A stretch of 64,000 bases of DNA from an uncultured Verrucomicrobiota bacterium (GCA_964519245.1 CAZFLK010000008.1:5854-69853); one strand, 5' to 3'. Positions 28,956-38,684 are shown, counted from the first letter of the stretch. Made by a program: numbers and translations. Notes: generated by a model from the sequence alone, not told the origin.

Positions 28956-31531
28956 AATCAATCAACGCGCTGCCATCACTGATCGTATTGGCTTGTGTCT
29001 TGTTGTCGGTAGGGGCTCAGGCCGCCGATTATATGTCGGCGGATCTTCGTGGTCGGGTCGAACAGTTGAAGAAGGAGGTGAAATCGTCGCCTTCGACCAA
29101 GGAGAACGGGATAGCTCGCGCGCGGGTCGTGTGGAAATGGGCGAATGCCCATGCTCTGAACGGCGGCTCGCTTCCGGTCGAGTTGCCGTCGCTGATTTCA
29201 CGCGTGATGGGCAACTACGCGACCAGTCGTCGGAATCTGCAGGCGCTTGATCAAACCATCCGCGAACTAACCATCCATGACGAACGCCCGAATGCCATCG
29301 GCAAGCTGACAACGGATCAAGAACGACCGTTTGCGCCGGGATCCTACGTGACCGTCCGGCAGACCTACCACGTTGGTGAGATGCCCATGTCCCCGGGCGG
29401 CGGTTTCCTGGTTGGGCGACACTTCATGTCGAATCAGGGGCTCTATCAAACCAGCAATCCGGACCAGGACAACTACATCACCATCCAGGCGTCCAGTTCT
29501 TCCGCAAGGTTCGCGCCCAATACGCGACTGCTCCAAGGCATGCACGGCGGGTTTCGGCGAGGCGCTCCGGGTCTCTTCTTCGAACTCAAGGAAGGCGAGT
29601 TGAAAGAAGGCGACACGGTCACGATCACTTACGGCGACAAGAGCGGCGGCTCGCGCGGGTTCAAGGTGCAGACCTACAGCAACGACGCCTTTCCGCTTCC
29701 ACTCTACGTGAATCTCAAGGGCAACCGCGACTTGTACACGCTGCCGCTGCAGACCTATCGCGTGGGCGGCGGGTCGGTGTTCGGCGTCCGCGGATTCGCG
29801 CCTTCGATCGTCGCGCCGGGTGAGAAGTTTGATGTCTCCGTTCGCAGTGAGGATTTCTATTACAACCGGGCCAGCGGTCCGGTTCCAGAATATGCGATCA
29901 CGGTCAACGGCAAGCCGTTCCGCAAGATCGCCGCCGGGACGAAGGCGATCTCGGTTCTGAAGAGCATCAGTTTCGAGGAGCCTGGAATTCTCCGACTCAA
30001 GATCGAATCAACCGACGGCAAAGTTGTAGGCGAATGCAATCCAATCTGGGTGCGCGAGAATCCCAGGCTGCGGGTCTTCTGGGGCGAGACCCACGGACAT
30101 TGTGGATTCGCCGAAGGACAGGGAACACCCGACGCGTATTTCCGTTTCGGGCGCGACGACGCTCGACTGGATTTTCTCACGCTATCCGAACACGACCTTT
30201 GGATGGACGACTCGGAGTGGAAACGGCTCATCGAGAAGGTGGACGAGTACAACGACGACGGCGATTTCGTCGCCATAGCCGGATACGAATGGACGGTGGC
30301 AACCGGGCGCGGCGGGCATCACAATGTGTTCTTTCGCGACACCGAGGATCGGCAGCGCGTTCCGAACCAGACCGCGCCGGTGTTGTCCCAGCTCTATCGG
30401 CGACTTGCCAACGAGAATGACATGGATGATATCCTGATCATCCCGCACGCGCACCAACCCGGCGAGTACCGCATGAACGACCGGCACATGGAGACATTGG
30501 TCGAGATCATGTCCATGCACGGCCATTTCGAATGGTTCGGGAAGATGTATCTCAAGCACGGGCACGAGGTTGGATTTGTGGCGGCTTCGGACGATCACCT
30601 CAGCCACCCGGGCTACAGCGCTCCGTTGCCAGGAGGCCTGGCTGCGCGTGGAGGATTGGCCGCCGTGTGGTCTGCGGAAAAGACGCGCGATTCCATTTTT
30701 TCCTCGATGAAGCGCCTGTCGGCCTACGCGACGACAGGGCAGCGCATCATCATGGACCTTCGCATGAATGGCGCGCGCATGGGGATTCGGACGGACTTCA
30801 GTGTGAAACGAAACGTGCGCGGCAAGATCGTGGGCACGTCTCCTTTGGCCGAAGTCGTTGTCGTCAAGAACGGAGAAGTCTATTGGTCCAAGGATCTGTT
30901 GACGGCACAGAGTCCGTCGAAGTCTGGGAGAGACCGGTTTGAGATCAGCTTCCATTCCACGACAGATCCTGAGATCCGGGATAGTCCGCGCGGCTGGCGT
31001 CCTTGGCGGGGGACGCTGACGGTCAATGGAGCGAAGTTGGCGTCTGTGACCTCGCCTGCGCTTCAGAACCGGCTTGCGGAGCGTCTCGATCGCACCGGCG
31101 ACAACGAGGCCGAGTTCGGGTTGATAACCCGCGGGGCGTGGAAGAACCTGGTGGTCAATCTGAGCGACATCGAAGCTGACGCTGAAGTGACGTTGAATCT
31201 GAAGGCCGTCACTGAAAACCCCAGCACGCCCGCAACATTTCGCAAGCCCGGCCGGCTTCCGGCGCAAGAGATTCGATTCAAGCTCAACGATCTGAAGGAC
31301 GGTTTGTTGAGCCATCGAAAGCGCATTGATCAGTTCTTCGACACGGTCACGATTCGCAGGATGCGCGATGACGCGCCGTTGGAATACGATCTCGATTTTG
31401 TGGACACGCATGACCCGCGCCGGGGTGACCACTACTATGTGCGTGTCCGTCAGGTTGACGGCGGCGTTGCCTGGTCCAGTCCCAACTGGGTTGGCGGATT
31501 CGCCAAGCCGCGTGAGTTGGAGCCGAGGTGA
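28952..31531 (+). CDS. DUF3604 domain-containing protein (PHP-like metal-dependent hydrolase fold)
   Basis: The ATG at 28952 overlaps the sulfatase stop (ATGA). Signal peptide MKSINALPSLIVLACVLLSVGAQA. FWGETHGHCGFAEG, DFLTLSEHD, GYEWT, GGHHNVFF, IIPHAHQ and AASDDHLSHPG resemble DUF3604 blocks. Confidence 0.65.
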   Translation: MKSINALPSLIVLACVLLSVGAQAADYMSADLRGRVEQLKKEVKSSPSTKENGIARARVVWKWANAHALNGGSLPVELPSLISRVMGNYATSRRNLQALDQTIRELTIHDERPNAIGKLTTDQERPFAPGSYVTVRQTYHVGEMPMSPGGGFLVGRHFMSNQGLYQTSNPDQDNYITIQASSSSARFAPNTRLLQGMHGGFRRGAPGLFFELKEGELKEGDTVTITYGDKSGGSRGFKVQTYSNDAFPLPLYVNLKGNRDLYTLPLQTYRVGGGSVFGVRGFAPSIVAPGEKFDVSVRSEDFYYNRASGPVPEYAITVNGKPFRKIAAGTKAISVLKSISFEEPGILRLKIESTDGKVVGECNPIWVRENPRLRVFWGETHGHCGFAEGQGTPDAYFRFGRDDARLDFLTLSEHDLWMDDSEWKRLIEKVDEYNDDGDFVAIAGYEWTVATGRGGHHNVFFRDTEDRQRVPNQTAPVLSQLYRRLANENDMDDILIIPHAHQPGEYRMNDRHMETLVEIMSMHGHFEWFGKMYLKHGHEVGFVAASDDHLSHPGYSAPLPGGLAARGGLAAVWSAEKTRDSIFSSMKRLSAYATTGQRIIMDLRMNGARMGIRTDFSVKRNVRGKIVGTSPLAEVVVVKNGEVYWSKDLLTAQSPSKSGRDRFEISFHSTTDPEIRDSPRGWRPWRGTLTVNGAKLASVTSPALQNRLAERLDRTGDNEAEFGLITRGAWKNLVVNLSDIEADAEVTLNLKAVTENPSTPATFRKPGRLPAQEIRFKLNDLKDGLLSHRKRIDQFFDTVTIRRMRDDAPLEYDLDFVDTHDPRRGDHYYVRVRQVDGGVAWSSPNWVGGFAKPRELEPR

Positions 31532-31658
31532 GTGAAAGTTCTGCTTGGGCGCATGCTGGATCGGAGTGCGATTGCGCTCGCGAGGGTGTGGCCCGCCTCA
31601 CCTTCGAACTTTTCGACCGCGCTTCGATTCGTATGATGACACGGCACCTGACGGACTC

Positions 31659-32891
31659 ATGAAGAACACGCACAACGACAACGCGGGAAACTCCCGCAAG
31701 GGCATCCTTGTTCTGCTGTGCGCCATGGCGTCGCTGGCGATCGGCCTTCTCCTGCCGGACAGGAATGAGACGTCCCTATCCACCACCGCCGCACAAGTCC
31801 AGCCACGAGCGGAGGCTGCGGGTTCCTCAGGTCGGCCGGACGACCTGGCTCACGGGCGCTCCGGCGTGGACCTATCGCGTTTCGACGCCCGCGCCCGCGC
31901 ACAACAAAGGGATGCGCTGCGGGATATGAATGATGCCAGGTCGCGGCTGCAGACCCAGCGTCGGCGATGGACGGAGCTCCTGGAACGTCATGCCCAGGGG
32001 GACAAGGCGGCGCTCACGAAGCTGCTGAGCTCCATCACGACAGCGAACGCGTTGGAAGTCTGGGACCTCGCCAGGAGCTCGAAGCTATCCCGGGAGGACA
32101 AGGCGCGCCTCTATGAGACGCTGGGCATGGCCGGCGGAGCAGGCCTGTTTCACCAGTTGGTTGGCCTTGGCGATCGCGATGCGGCTCTCGCCGTCAAGGG
32201 CTGGAGCCGGATTGATCCTGCCGGCGCCTTCGATTGGTTTCGCCAACTCGACGTCAACAAGAACCCCGAAATGCAGCAATACCTCGCGGCCGCCAATCTT
32301 GACGAACACGGGTTCCTCGACAACGTCTCCGCCGGCCTGCTCGACTCGCTTGAATCTCAAGACTCTGGCGCGGCCTTCGCCGAAGCGGCCACCGAATTGG
32401 TGGAATCGCTTATGAGTGAGGACCCGATGAAGGGTGAGGCGATGATGCGCGAAGTCACCGAACGTTTTGTGGATCTCTACGATTCCAGCGCCTTGACCGA
32501 CTGGTTCAACCAGATCGACGATCCCAACGTCCAGAGCGCCGCGATTCAGCGGATCATTGAGACCGGCGCGTTCAAGGATGATCCCTTCGAGGCCGTGGAC
32601 GTGGCCTTGTCGCTGGACAATTCCAGGAGTCGTCAGACCGCCCTCTCCGCGGCGTTCGGTCAATTGGGCGGCGGCGTGAGCGGCGTCGATCCGAATTCGG
32701 TCGCCGCCCAGCTCAACGAGATGCCCCCCGGTCGGGACAGGGACTTCGCAATCAATGGATTCGCCCATGGCCTCGTCGGTCAATCCCCGGAATCCGCCCT
32801 GCAATGGGCCAACACCATCTCCGACGACGGCTTCCGCCAGACGGTCACCCGGAACATCAACCGACGGATCGGGGCGCAGGGCGGAAAGTGA
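31659..32891 (+). CDS. hypothetical membrane-anchored protein with helical repeats
   Basis: The ATG at 31659 gives MKNTHNDNAGNSRKGILVLLCAMASLAIGLLL (one TM segment). The rest is predicted helical and repeat-like. No family recognised. Confidence 0.5.
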   Translation: MKNTHNDNAGNSRKGILVLLCAMASLAIGLLLPDRNETSLSTTAAQVQPRAEAAGSSGRPDDLAHGRSGVDLSRFDARARAQQRDALRDMNDARSRLQTQRRRWTELLERHAQGDKAALTKLLSSITTANALEVWDLARSSKLSREDKARLYETLGMAGGAGLFHQLVGLGDRDAALAVKGWSRIDPAGAFDWFRQLDVNKNPEMQQYLAAANLDEHGFLDNVSAGLLDSLESQDSGAAFAEAATELVESLMSEDPMKGEAMMREVTERFVDLYDSSALTDWFNQIDDPNVQSAAIQRIIETGAFKDDPFEAVDVALSLDNSRSRQTALSAAFGQLGGGVSGVDPNSVAAQLNEMPPGRDRDFAINGFAHGLVGQSPESALQWANTISDDGFRQTVTRNINRRIGAQGGK

Positions 32892-32895
32892 TTTG

Positions 32896-32956
32896 ACCCC
32901 TTCTTCCCGGGTTGCGTCTCCAGTTCTTTGATGGTTGGGGGTAACCCCTTCTTCCC
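32896..32956. repeat. 13-nt direct repeat pair upstream of the efflux operon
   Basis: accccttcttccc occurs at 32896-32908 and again at 32944-32956, in the 390-nt gap before the adaptor gene. Confidence 0.3.
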
Positions 32957-33281
32957 CGCTGCTATTCACAACAATGCCTCCATCATCCGCCAGATACCCA
33001 TCGGCCCGTCCCGCCTCTGACCGGGCCAAGCTCGGCGGCCATCAACGCTTTCAACGATTCGACATGAAAGCCGACACCGGGCAGACTTCCGACCTTTCCA
33101 ATAAGCCTCCGCGGGTGTTCGAGCGTCTCAAAAGCGAACTTCTCCGGATCAACCAGGGCGTCATGACCGACGCGTCGGATTGGAACGGATCAGAATCATC
33201 ATGACAAAACATTGCCCCATCCAATCGCCGACGATCGGAGCGCCGAGCATTGATCGGCCGGAACTTGCGCAAGGCTCACGA

Positions 33282-34472
33282 ATGCCGAGCAATGCTCGGC
33301 GCTCCTTCATCTTGGGTTCGGCAGCGCACTTCCTCCTCGTCTTCATGGCCGCGGCCGCATTCACCGGTTGCGACGGAAATAAGGGAGAAGAGGAAGCCAA
33401 GGCGAAGGCCAAGGCGGCGGGACCGCCGGTGATCAAACCCACGCTGGTGGAGTTGGAAGAGGTCAAGCGCGGCCCCATTGAGGCGCTGCTGGAACGCTCC
33501 GCGCCGCTGGAGGCCGAGGCGCAGGTGCAGGTGTTGGCGCGGACGCAGAATCCCGCAATCGAGCTGCTGGTCGAAAAAGGCGACACGGTGGAGAAGGGGC
33601 AGGTCCTGCTTCGCCTTGAGGACGATCGGCAGAGGACGGAGTTCGACCAGTCGCTCGGACAGATGGAGCAGGCGAAGATCGATCTCGCCAAGAAGCAGAA
33701 CCTCTACGACCAGGACCTGATCAGCGAGACGGAATACCTGACCGCGAAGTTCAACTTCACCCAGGCCGAGCTGCGACACGAGAACAACAAGCGTCAACTC
33801 GACTACACGGAGGTCCGCGCGCCGATCAAGGGCACGATCACCAGCCGCACGGTCAAGGTTGGCGACACGGTCAACATGGGCACACCCATCTTTCAGATCA
33901 TCGACCTGGAATCGACCGTCGCCCTGATCCATGTGCCCGAACAATACCTGCCCCGGCTCAAGTTGGACATGGACGCGCGGCTCACCTCCACCACCTACGA
34001 CGACCAGGTCTTCGCGGGCTACGTGAAGCGCATTTCCCCGATCGTTGAGGCGCGGGCGGGCACGGTCGAGGTGGTGGTGGCATTGAAGGAACTGGGTCCG
34101 CTGCGGCCCGGCATGTGGGTCGATGTGGAACTGGTCCTGGACACCAAGGAGGACGCCCTGCTCATTCCCAAGCGCGCGATCGTCTACGACAACGACCAGA
34201 CCTACGCCTTCAAGTCCTTCACCGATCCCAATGGCGTCAAGCGCGCCAAACGGTTTCTGGTCGAGCCGGTGAACATCGACAAGGAACACATCGAGCCGAA
34301 GGAGAACTTTGCCGAGGGCGACAAGATCGTGGTCGCGGGCCAGGTCGGCCTGAAGGATCTCGCGCCGATCCGAGAGCTCGGCGACGCCAAGACCATCGCC
34401 AAACCCCAGGCGCCGGCTGAAAACAAAGGAAAACCGGGGGCCGCGCCGGGGAAGAAGCCCAAGAAGAAATGA
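33282..34472 (+). CDS. efflux RND periplasmic adaptor subunit (MFP/HlyD family), probable lipoprotein
   Basis: Lipobox-like LVFMAAAAFTGC. Barrel-sandwich/coiled-coil blocks (LEDDRQRTEFDQSLGQMEQAKIDLAKKQNLYDQDLISETEY, YTEVRAPIKGTITSRTVKVGD). Alternative ATG at 33201. Lys/Pro-rich tail. Confidence 0.85.
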   Translation: MPSNARRSFILGSAAHFLLVFMAAAAFTGCDGNKGEEEAKAKAKAAGPPVIKPTLVELEEVKRGPIEALLERSAPLEAEAQVQVLARTQNPAIELLVEKGDTVEKGQVLLRLEDDRQRTEFDQSLGQMEQAKIDLAKKQNLYDQDLISETEYLTAKFNFTQAELRHENNKRQLDYTEVRAPIKGTITSRTVKVGDTVNMGTPIFQIIDLESTVALIHVPEQYLPRLKLDMDARLTSTTYDDQVFAGYVKRISPIVEARAGTVEVVVALKELGPLRPGMWVDVELVLDTKEDALLIPKRAIVYDNDQTYAFKSFTDPNGVKRAKRFLVEPVNIDKEHIEPKENFAEGDKIVVAGQVGLKDLAPIRELGDAKTIAKPQAPAENKGKPGAAPGKKPKKK

Positions 34473-34640
34473 GATCCCAAATCCCAAGCTCCAGACCCCA
34501 AGCTCCAAAGGGAGCCGAGGGGCGCAGCGCCTATTCCGCGTCGACGTCCGGAGTCTGTCGGCTTGAAACAATACGGCGGCGCGATTTGAGATTTGGAGCT
34601 TGGAGCTTCTTTGGGATTTGGAGCTTGGAGCTTGGAGCTT
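34473..34640. repeat. intergenic nested inverted repeat with tandem TGGAGCT heptamers
   Basis: ccaaatcccaa (34477-34487) pairs with ttgggatttgg (34611-34621). ccaagctccaaa (34498-34509) pairs with tttggagcttgg (34592-34603). tggagct is tandem x2 and then x3 in the right arm. Confidence 0.55.
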
Positions 34641-34697
34641 ATTGCCTTCCGCCGAATCCCCCGGCGAACTGATCCCCCCTTCACGTCCGACCACCCC

Positions 34698-37600
34698 ATG
34701 CACTCCCCCCACCCGGATCCCAACTTCACCACCGATCGCCCGGTCGCGGTGTTGATGGTGTTCGTGGCGGCGGTGGTGTTCGGCTACTTCTCCCTGGGGC
34801 AGCTTCCGGTGACGTTGATGCCGGAGATGAGCTACCCGACCCTGACCGTGCGGACACAGTATCCCGGTGCGGCGCCGGAGGAGGTCGAGAACGACATCAG
34901 CCGGCCGATCGAGGAGCAGCTCGGCGTGGTCAGCGGCCTCAACGAAATCAGCAGCATCAGCCGCGCGGGGGTGAGTGATGTCTTGCTCGAGTTCGTCTGG
35001 GGCACGGAGATGGGCGACGCCATCCAGAACACCCTGGAGAAGCTCGACATGGTCTACCTGCCGCAACAGGCGGAGAAGCCGCTGCTCCTGCACTATGATC
35101 CCTCACTCGACCCGGTCATGGAATTGAGCCTGTCCATCGCCAAGCCCGGGGCCGAATCGGATGACGACGCCAAAGGCGATGTGAACGCCGCAGCTCGACG
35201 GCTCCGCCGCGTGGCCGAGTTGCAGGTGAAGCGCGCGTTGGAGCCCATCTCGGGCGTCGCGGCGGCGCGGGTTCGCGGCGGATTGGAGGAGGAGATCCAC
35301 GTGCTGATCGATTCCGCCAAGCTCGATCGGGTGAACATCTCGATCAGCCAGGTCCTCGACAAGCTTCGCGCGGCGAACATCAACGCCGCCGGCGGCCGGA
35401 TCCGCGAGGGCAACGCGGAATACATGATCCGCACGATCAATGAGTTCGAGAACATCGACGAGATCGCCAACACCATCGTCTACCGTCAGGAGGGTCGGGA
35501 AATCCGGTTGAAAGACATCGGCGTCGTGGTCTACGGGCAGCGGGACCGCGAAATGCTCACCCGGACCGACGGCCGGGAAAGCGTCCAGATCGACGTCTAC
35601 AAGGAGGCCGATTCCAACATGATCCATGTCGGCGAGCGCATCAAGGCGGCCGTGGGCGGGCTCGATGGCGACCCACAGACGACGCTGGCGGGACGACTGC
35701 TCAAGGATGAGGGGCTCGCGCTGCAGATCGTGGCGGATCGTTCCATCTTCATTGAGAACAGCATCAACGAGGTCAAGTCCACCGCCATCACCGGCGGCGC
35801 CTTGGCGATCGTTGTCCTGCTGTTGTTCCTCCGCGACCTGCGTACAACCTCGATCATCGCGTTGAGCATTCCGATTTCGATCTTTGTCACCTTTGCGCCG
35901 CTCAATCTCCTGGATGTGTCATTGAACATCATGTCGCTCGGCGGCCTGGCGATGGGCATCGGCATGCTGGTGGATTCCTCGATCGTCGTGCTGGAATCGA
36001 TCTACCGCTGCCGTGAGGAGGGTGACTCCGTCCGCGCGGCGGCGATCCGGGGCACGAAGGAGGTTCGCGGCGCGGTGATCGCCTCGACCCTGACCTCGAT
36101 CTGCGTGTTCTTCCCGATGGTGTTTGTCGAAGGATTGGCCGGACAGGTCTTCAGCGACCTGGGTCTGACCGTGGTGACCTCGCTGGTCGCGTCGCTGATT
36201 GTGGCGATCCTCTTCATTCCGATGCTGGCCAGCCGCACGGGTTTGAAGCTCAAGGGCGGCGCGGGCATGGTGTCGCATCCCTTGGGCGGTTTCAACGGAC
36301 GGCTCACCCCGGCCTCGCTGGCCTTCCGCGTCATCATCCCGCTCGGGCTGCTCATGGTCGTGATCGTCGGGACGCGGGTCGGCTACGTTGACTGGATGGA
36401 GGGGAAAGCGGAGGCGGCGGCCATCGAGAACGGCATGCCTCCGCCGACCGAGGATGACAAGGTCGACCGGAAGGAGCTGACGTTGGAAACCTTCAAGAAG
36501 TGGGGGCGGATCTTCGTGATCCCGCTGTTGGTGGCGTTCGCCAAAGTCCGCTTCGGACTGAAGGACAAGACGGGCAACTCCTTCACCGGAATCTGGTCCT
36601 CATTCCGAACCTTCGCCGACAGTTTGAAGGGCAACATTTTCCTCGCGATCATCGCCTTTCCCTACGTGCTGCTGCGGCTGCCCCTGGCCTTCGTTATCGA
36701 GGTGATCGGTTTGAACCTCGCCTGGCTCGTGCGGCTTGGAGCCGGCATCTTCTGGCTGAAGTTCAGGATCATGGGATTCCTGAAGCGGATCTTCGTCCGG
36801 GAGAATAAGGCGATCGATCCGGAGGCGGAACGGGGGCTCTACCCGAAGCTGCTCCGCCTCGCGCTGAGGTTTCCCGGGGCCATGGCCCTGCTGGCGGTCG
36901 CCTGCTTCGGAGTAACCTGGGTCGTCGGGAAGCAACTTCAATCCGAGTTGCTGCCCGAAGTTCGCCAGAACGAATTCACCTTCGAGGCCGCCATGCCTGT
37001 GGGCACGCCGTTGGACGCAACCGTCGCCACGCTGGGCCAGGTCGAACAGGAGATCCTCTCCCGCAAGGAGGCCCTGCAGATCGACACGATGTTGGTGATG
37101 TACGGCTTCGACACCGCGAACATGAAGCGGTCGGACGAGGGCGAGCATTCGGCCCGGTTCAAGGTTCTGTTGAAGAAGACCGAAACGCCGCATGAAACGG
37201 AAGACCGGGTGATCGAGGAAATGCGCGGCCTGTTCCAGAACGTGCCGGATATCAACGTCCGCCTGACCCGGCCCGTGCTGTTCAGCTCCAAGAAGCCGGT
37301 CGTGATCCAGATCAATGGCGAGGATCTCGAGGAATTGAAGCGGTTTTCCGACCAGGCGACCGAGTTGTTGTCCAAGGAGCCCGAACTGGCGGATGTGGAG
37401 CCGACGCTTCGCACCGGCGCGCCGGAGGTGCAGATCAGCTACGACCGCCAACAGATCGTCCGCCACGGCCTCAACATCAACTGGGTCGCCAGCCAGGTGC
37501 GCGACCTGGTCAAGGGCGCCGAGGCGACCCGGCTCAACCGGCGCGACCGGCGGGTGCCTATCGTCGTGCGGTTGGATGAGGAGGACCGCGAGCAGGTGGC

Positions 37601-38417
37601 CGATGTCGGCAAGCTGACCATCAACCCGGGCGGTCAGACGCCGATCCCGCTCAGCTCGATCGCCGAGCTGACCGTGGGCGAGGGTCCCAGTGAAATCAGG
37701 CGCATCGATGGCAAACGCGTGGCCCTGGTGCAGGCCAACATTGGCGGCGGCTCGCTGGGGGCCGCGGTCGACGCCGCGCGGAGGAATCTGACCGAGGGCA
37801 TCGATTGGCCGGTCTACATGGATTTCTTCATCACGGGCCAGAACCAGGAGTGGGAGCGCAGTCGGGGCAGCCTTTTCCTGGCGCTGGGATTGAGTCTGTT
37901 CCTGGTCTACGTGATCATGGCTTCGCAGTTCGAGTCATTGATCCAGCCGTTGATCATCATGTTCACCATTCCGCTGGCGTTCGTGGGCACGGTTCTCGGA
38001 CTCAAGTGGCTGGGGATCAACCTCTCGGTGGTGGTCTTCCTGGGCATGATCATGTTGGCCGGCATCGTGGTGAACAACGCCATCGTGCTGGTGGATTACA
38101 CCAACACCCTGCGAAGCCGCGGCATCGTCCTGAAGGAGGCGATCGTCAAAGCCTGCCGCGTCCGGTTGCGGCCGATCCTGATGACCACCGCGACCACCGT
38201 GTTGGGCCTGCTGCCCATGGCCCTGGGCCTCGGCGACGGAGCCGAGATTCGCACGCCCATGGCCATCGCCGTGATCAGCGGTCTGCTCACCTCGACCTTC
38301 CTGACCCTGCTGATCATCCCGACAATCTACTTCATGTTCGCCTGGGTGGGTGAGCGGTGTTTCCAGACAACGGAGCACGACGAGAAAGAAATTCCAAAGC
38401 GCATGAACGCGCTGTAA
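34698..38417 (+). CDS. RND efflux transporter permease (AcrB/MdtB-like) with a ~190-aa central insertion
   Basis: AcrB-family sequence throughout (FTTDRPVAVLMVFVAAVVFGYFSLGQLPVTLMPE, MGIGMLVDSSIVVLESI, VVNNAIVLVDYTN). 1239 aa from the ATG at 34698, against 1048 aa for the paralog. The ORF-track start at 34593 lies in the repeat element. Confidence 0.9.
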   Translation: MHSPHPDPNFTTDRPVAVLMVFVAAVVFGYFSLGQLPVTLMPEMSYPTLTVRTQYPGAAPEEVENDISRPIEEQLGVVSGLNEISSISRAGVSDVLLEFVWGTEMGDAIQNTLEKLDMVYLPQQAEKPLLLHYDPSLDPVMELSLSIAKPGAESDDDAKGDVNAAARRLRRVAELQVKRALEPISGVAAARVRGGLEEEIHVLIDSAKLDRVNISISQVLDKLRAANINAAGGRIREGNAEYMIRTINEFENIDEIANTIVYRQEGREIRLKDIGVVVYGQRDREMLTRTDGRESVQIDVYKEADSNMIHVGERIKAAVGGLDGDPQTTLAGRLLKDEGLALQIVADRSIFIENSINEVKSTAITGGALAIVVLLLFLRDLRTTSIIALSIPISIFVTFAPLNLLDVSLNIMSLGGLAMGIGMLVDSSIVVLESIYRCREEGDSVRAAAIRGTKEVRGAVIASTLTSICVFFPMVFVEGLAGQVFSDLGLTVVTSLVASLIVAILFIPMLASRTGLKLKGGAGMVSHPLGGFNGRLTPASLAFRVIIPLGLLMVVIVGTRVGYVDWMEGKAEAAAIENGMPPPTEDDKVDRKELTLETFKKWGRIFVIPLLVAFAKVRFGLKDKTGNSFTGIWSSFRTFADSLKGNIFLAIIAFPYVLLRLPLAFVIEVIGLNLAWLVRLGAGIFWLKFRIMGFLKRIFVRENKAIDPEAERGLYPKLLRLALRFPGAMALLAVACFGVTWVVGKQLQSELLPEVRQNEFTFEAAMPVGTPLDATVATLGQVEQEILSRKEALQIDTMLVMYGFDTANMKRSDEGEHSARFKVLLKKTETPHETEDRVIEEMRGLFQNVPDINVRLTRPVLFSSKKPVVIQINGEDLEELKRFSDQATELLSKEPELADVEPTLRTGAPEVQISYDRQQIVRHGLNINWVASQVRDLVKGAEATRLNRRDRRVPIVVRLDEEDREQVADVGKLTINPGGQTPIPLSSIAELTVGEGPSEIRRIDGKRVALVQANIGGGSLGAAVDAARRNLTEGIDWPVYMDFFITGQNQEWERSRGSLFLALGLSLFLVYVIMASQFESLIQPLIIMFTIPLAFVGTVLGLKWLGINLSVVVFLGMIMLAGIVVNNAIVLVDYTNTLRSRGIVLKEAIVKACRVRLRPILMTTATTVLGLLPMALGLGDGAEIRTPMAIAVISGLLTSTFLTLLIIPTIYFMFAWVGERCFQTTEHDEKEIPKRMNAL

Positions 38418-38426
38418 TCTGATCCC

Positions 38427-38684
38427 ATGACGCAAAAGGCCGTACGGTTGTTGGAAGAGGTCAGACAGATGTCCCGCGAAGACAGGGAATGGATTGCGGT
38501 ACAACTGTACGCGGATGCACATGAACATTCGGCGGTCGATGCCTTGGTGGGCGACCGCAAGAATGTGGATTCCGTGTTGAAGGAACGGTTGGACGGACCT
38601 TTCGAACCGTTTTCCGATAATTGGAAGGACGACGTTCGAGATCGGGCGGCTGACATGCTGCGAGAAGATCGGGATGAAAGTTAG
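38427..38684 (+). CDS. putative addiction-module antitoxin
   Basis: 85-aa acidic protein (LLEEVRQMSREDREWIAVQLYADA) immediately upstream of, and overlapping by 11 nt, a ParE-type toxin gene. Confidence 0.5.
   Translation: MTQKAVRLLEEVRQMSREDREWIAVQLYADAHEHSAVDALVGDRKNVDSVLKERLDGPFEPFSDNWKDDVRDRAADMLREDRDES

Noticed and set aside
34585-34640. Possible CRISPR-like or minisatellite array (TGGAGCT tandem copies)
   Set aside because: The units are 7 nt with no spacers, and no cas genes are present. It is better explained as part of an inverted-repeat element.
33276-35093. 605-aa ORF on the minus strand
   Set aside because: It is antisense to the efflux adaptor gene and runs through the repeat element. 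The sequence is low-complexity.
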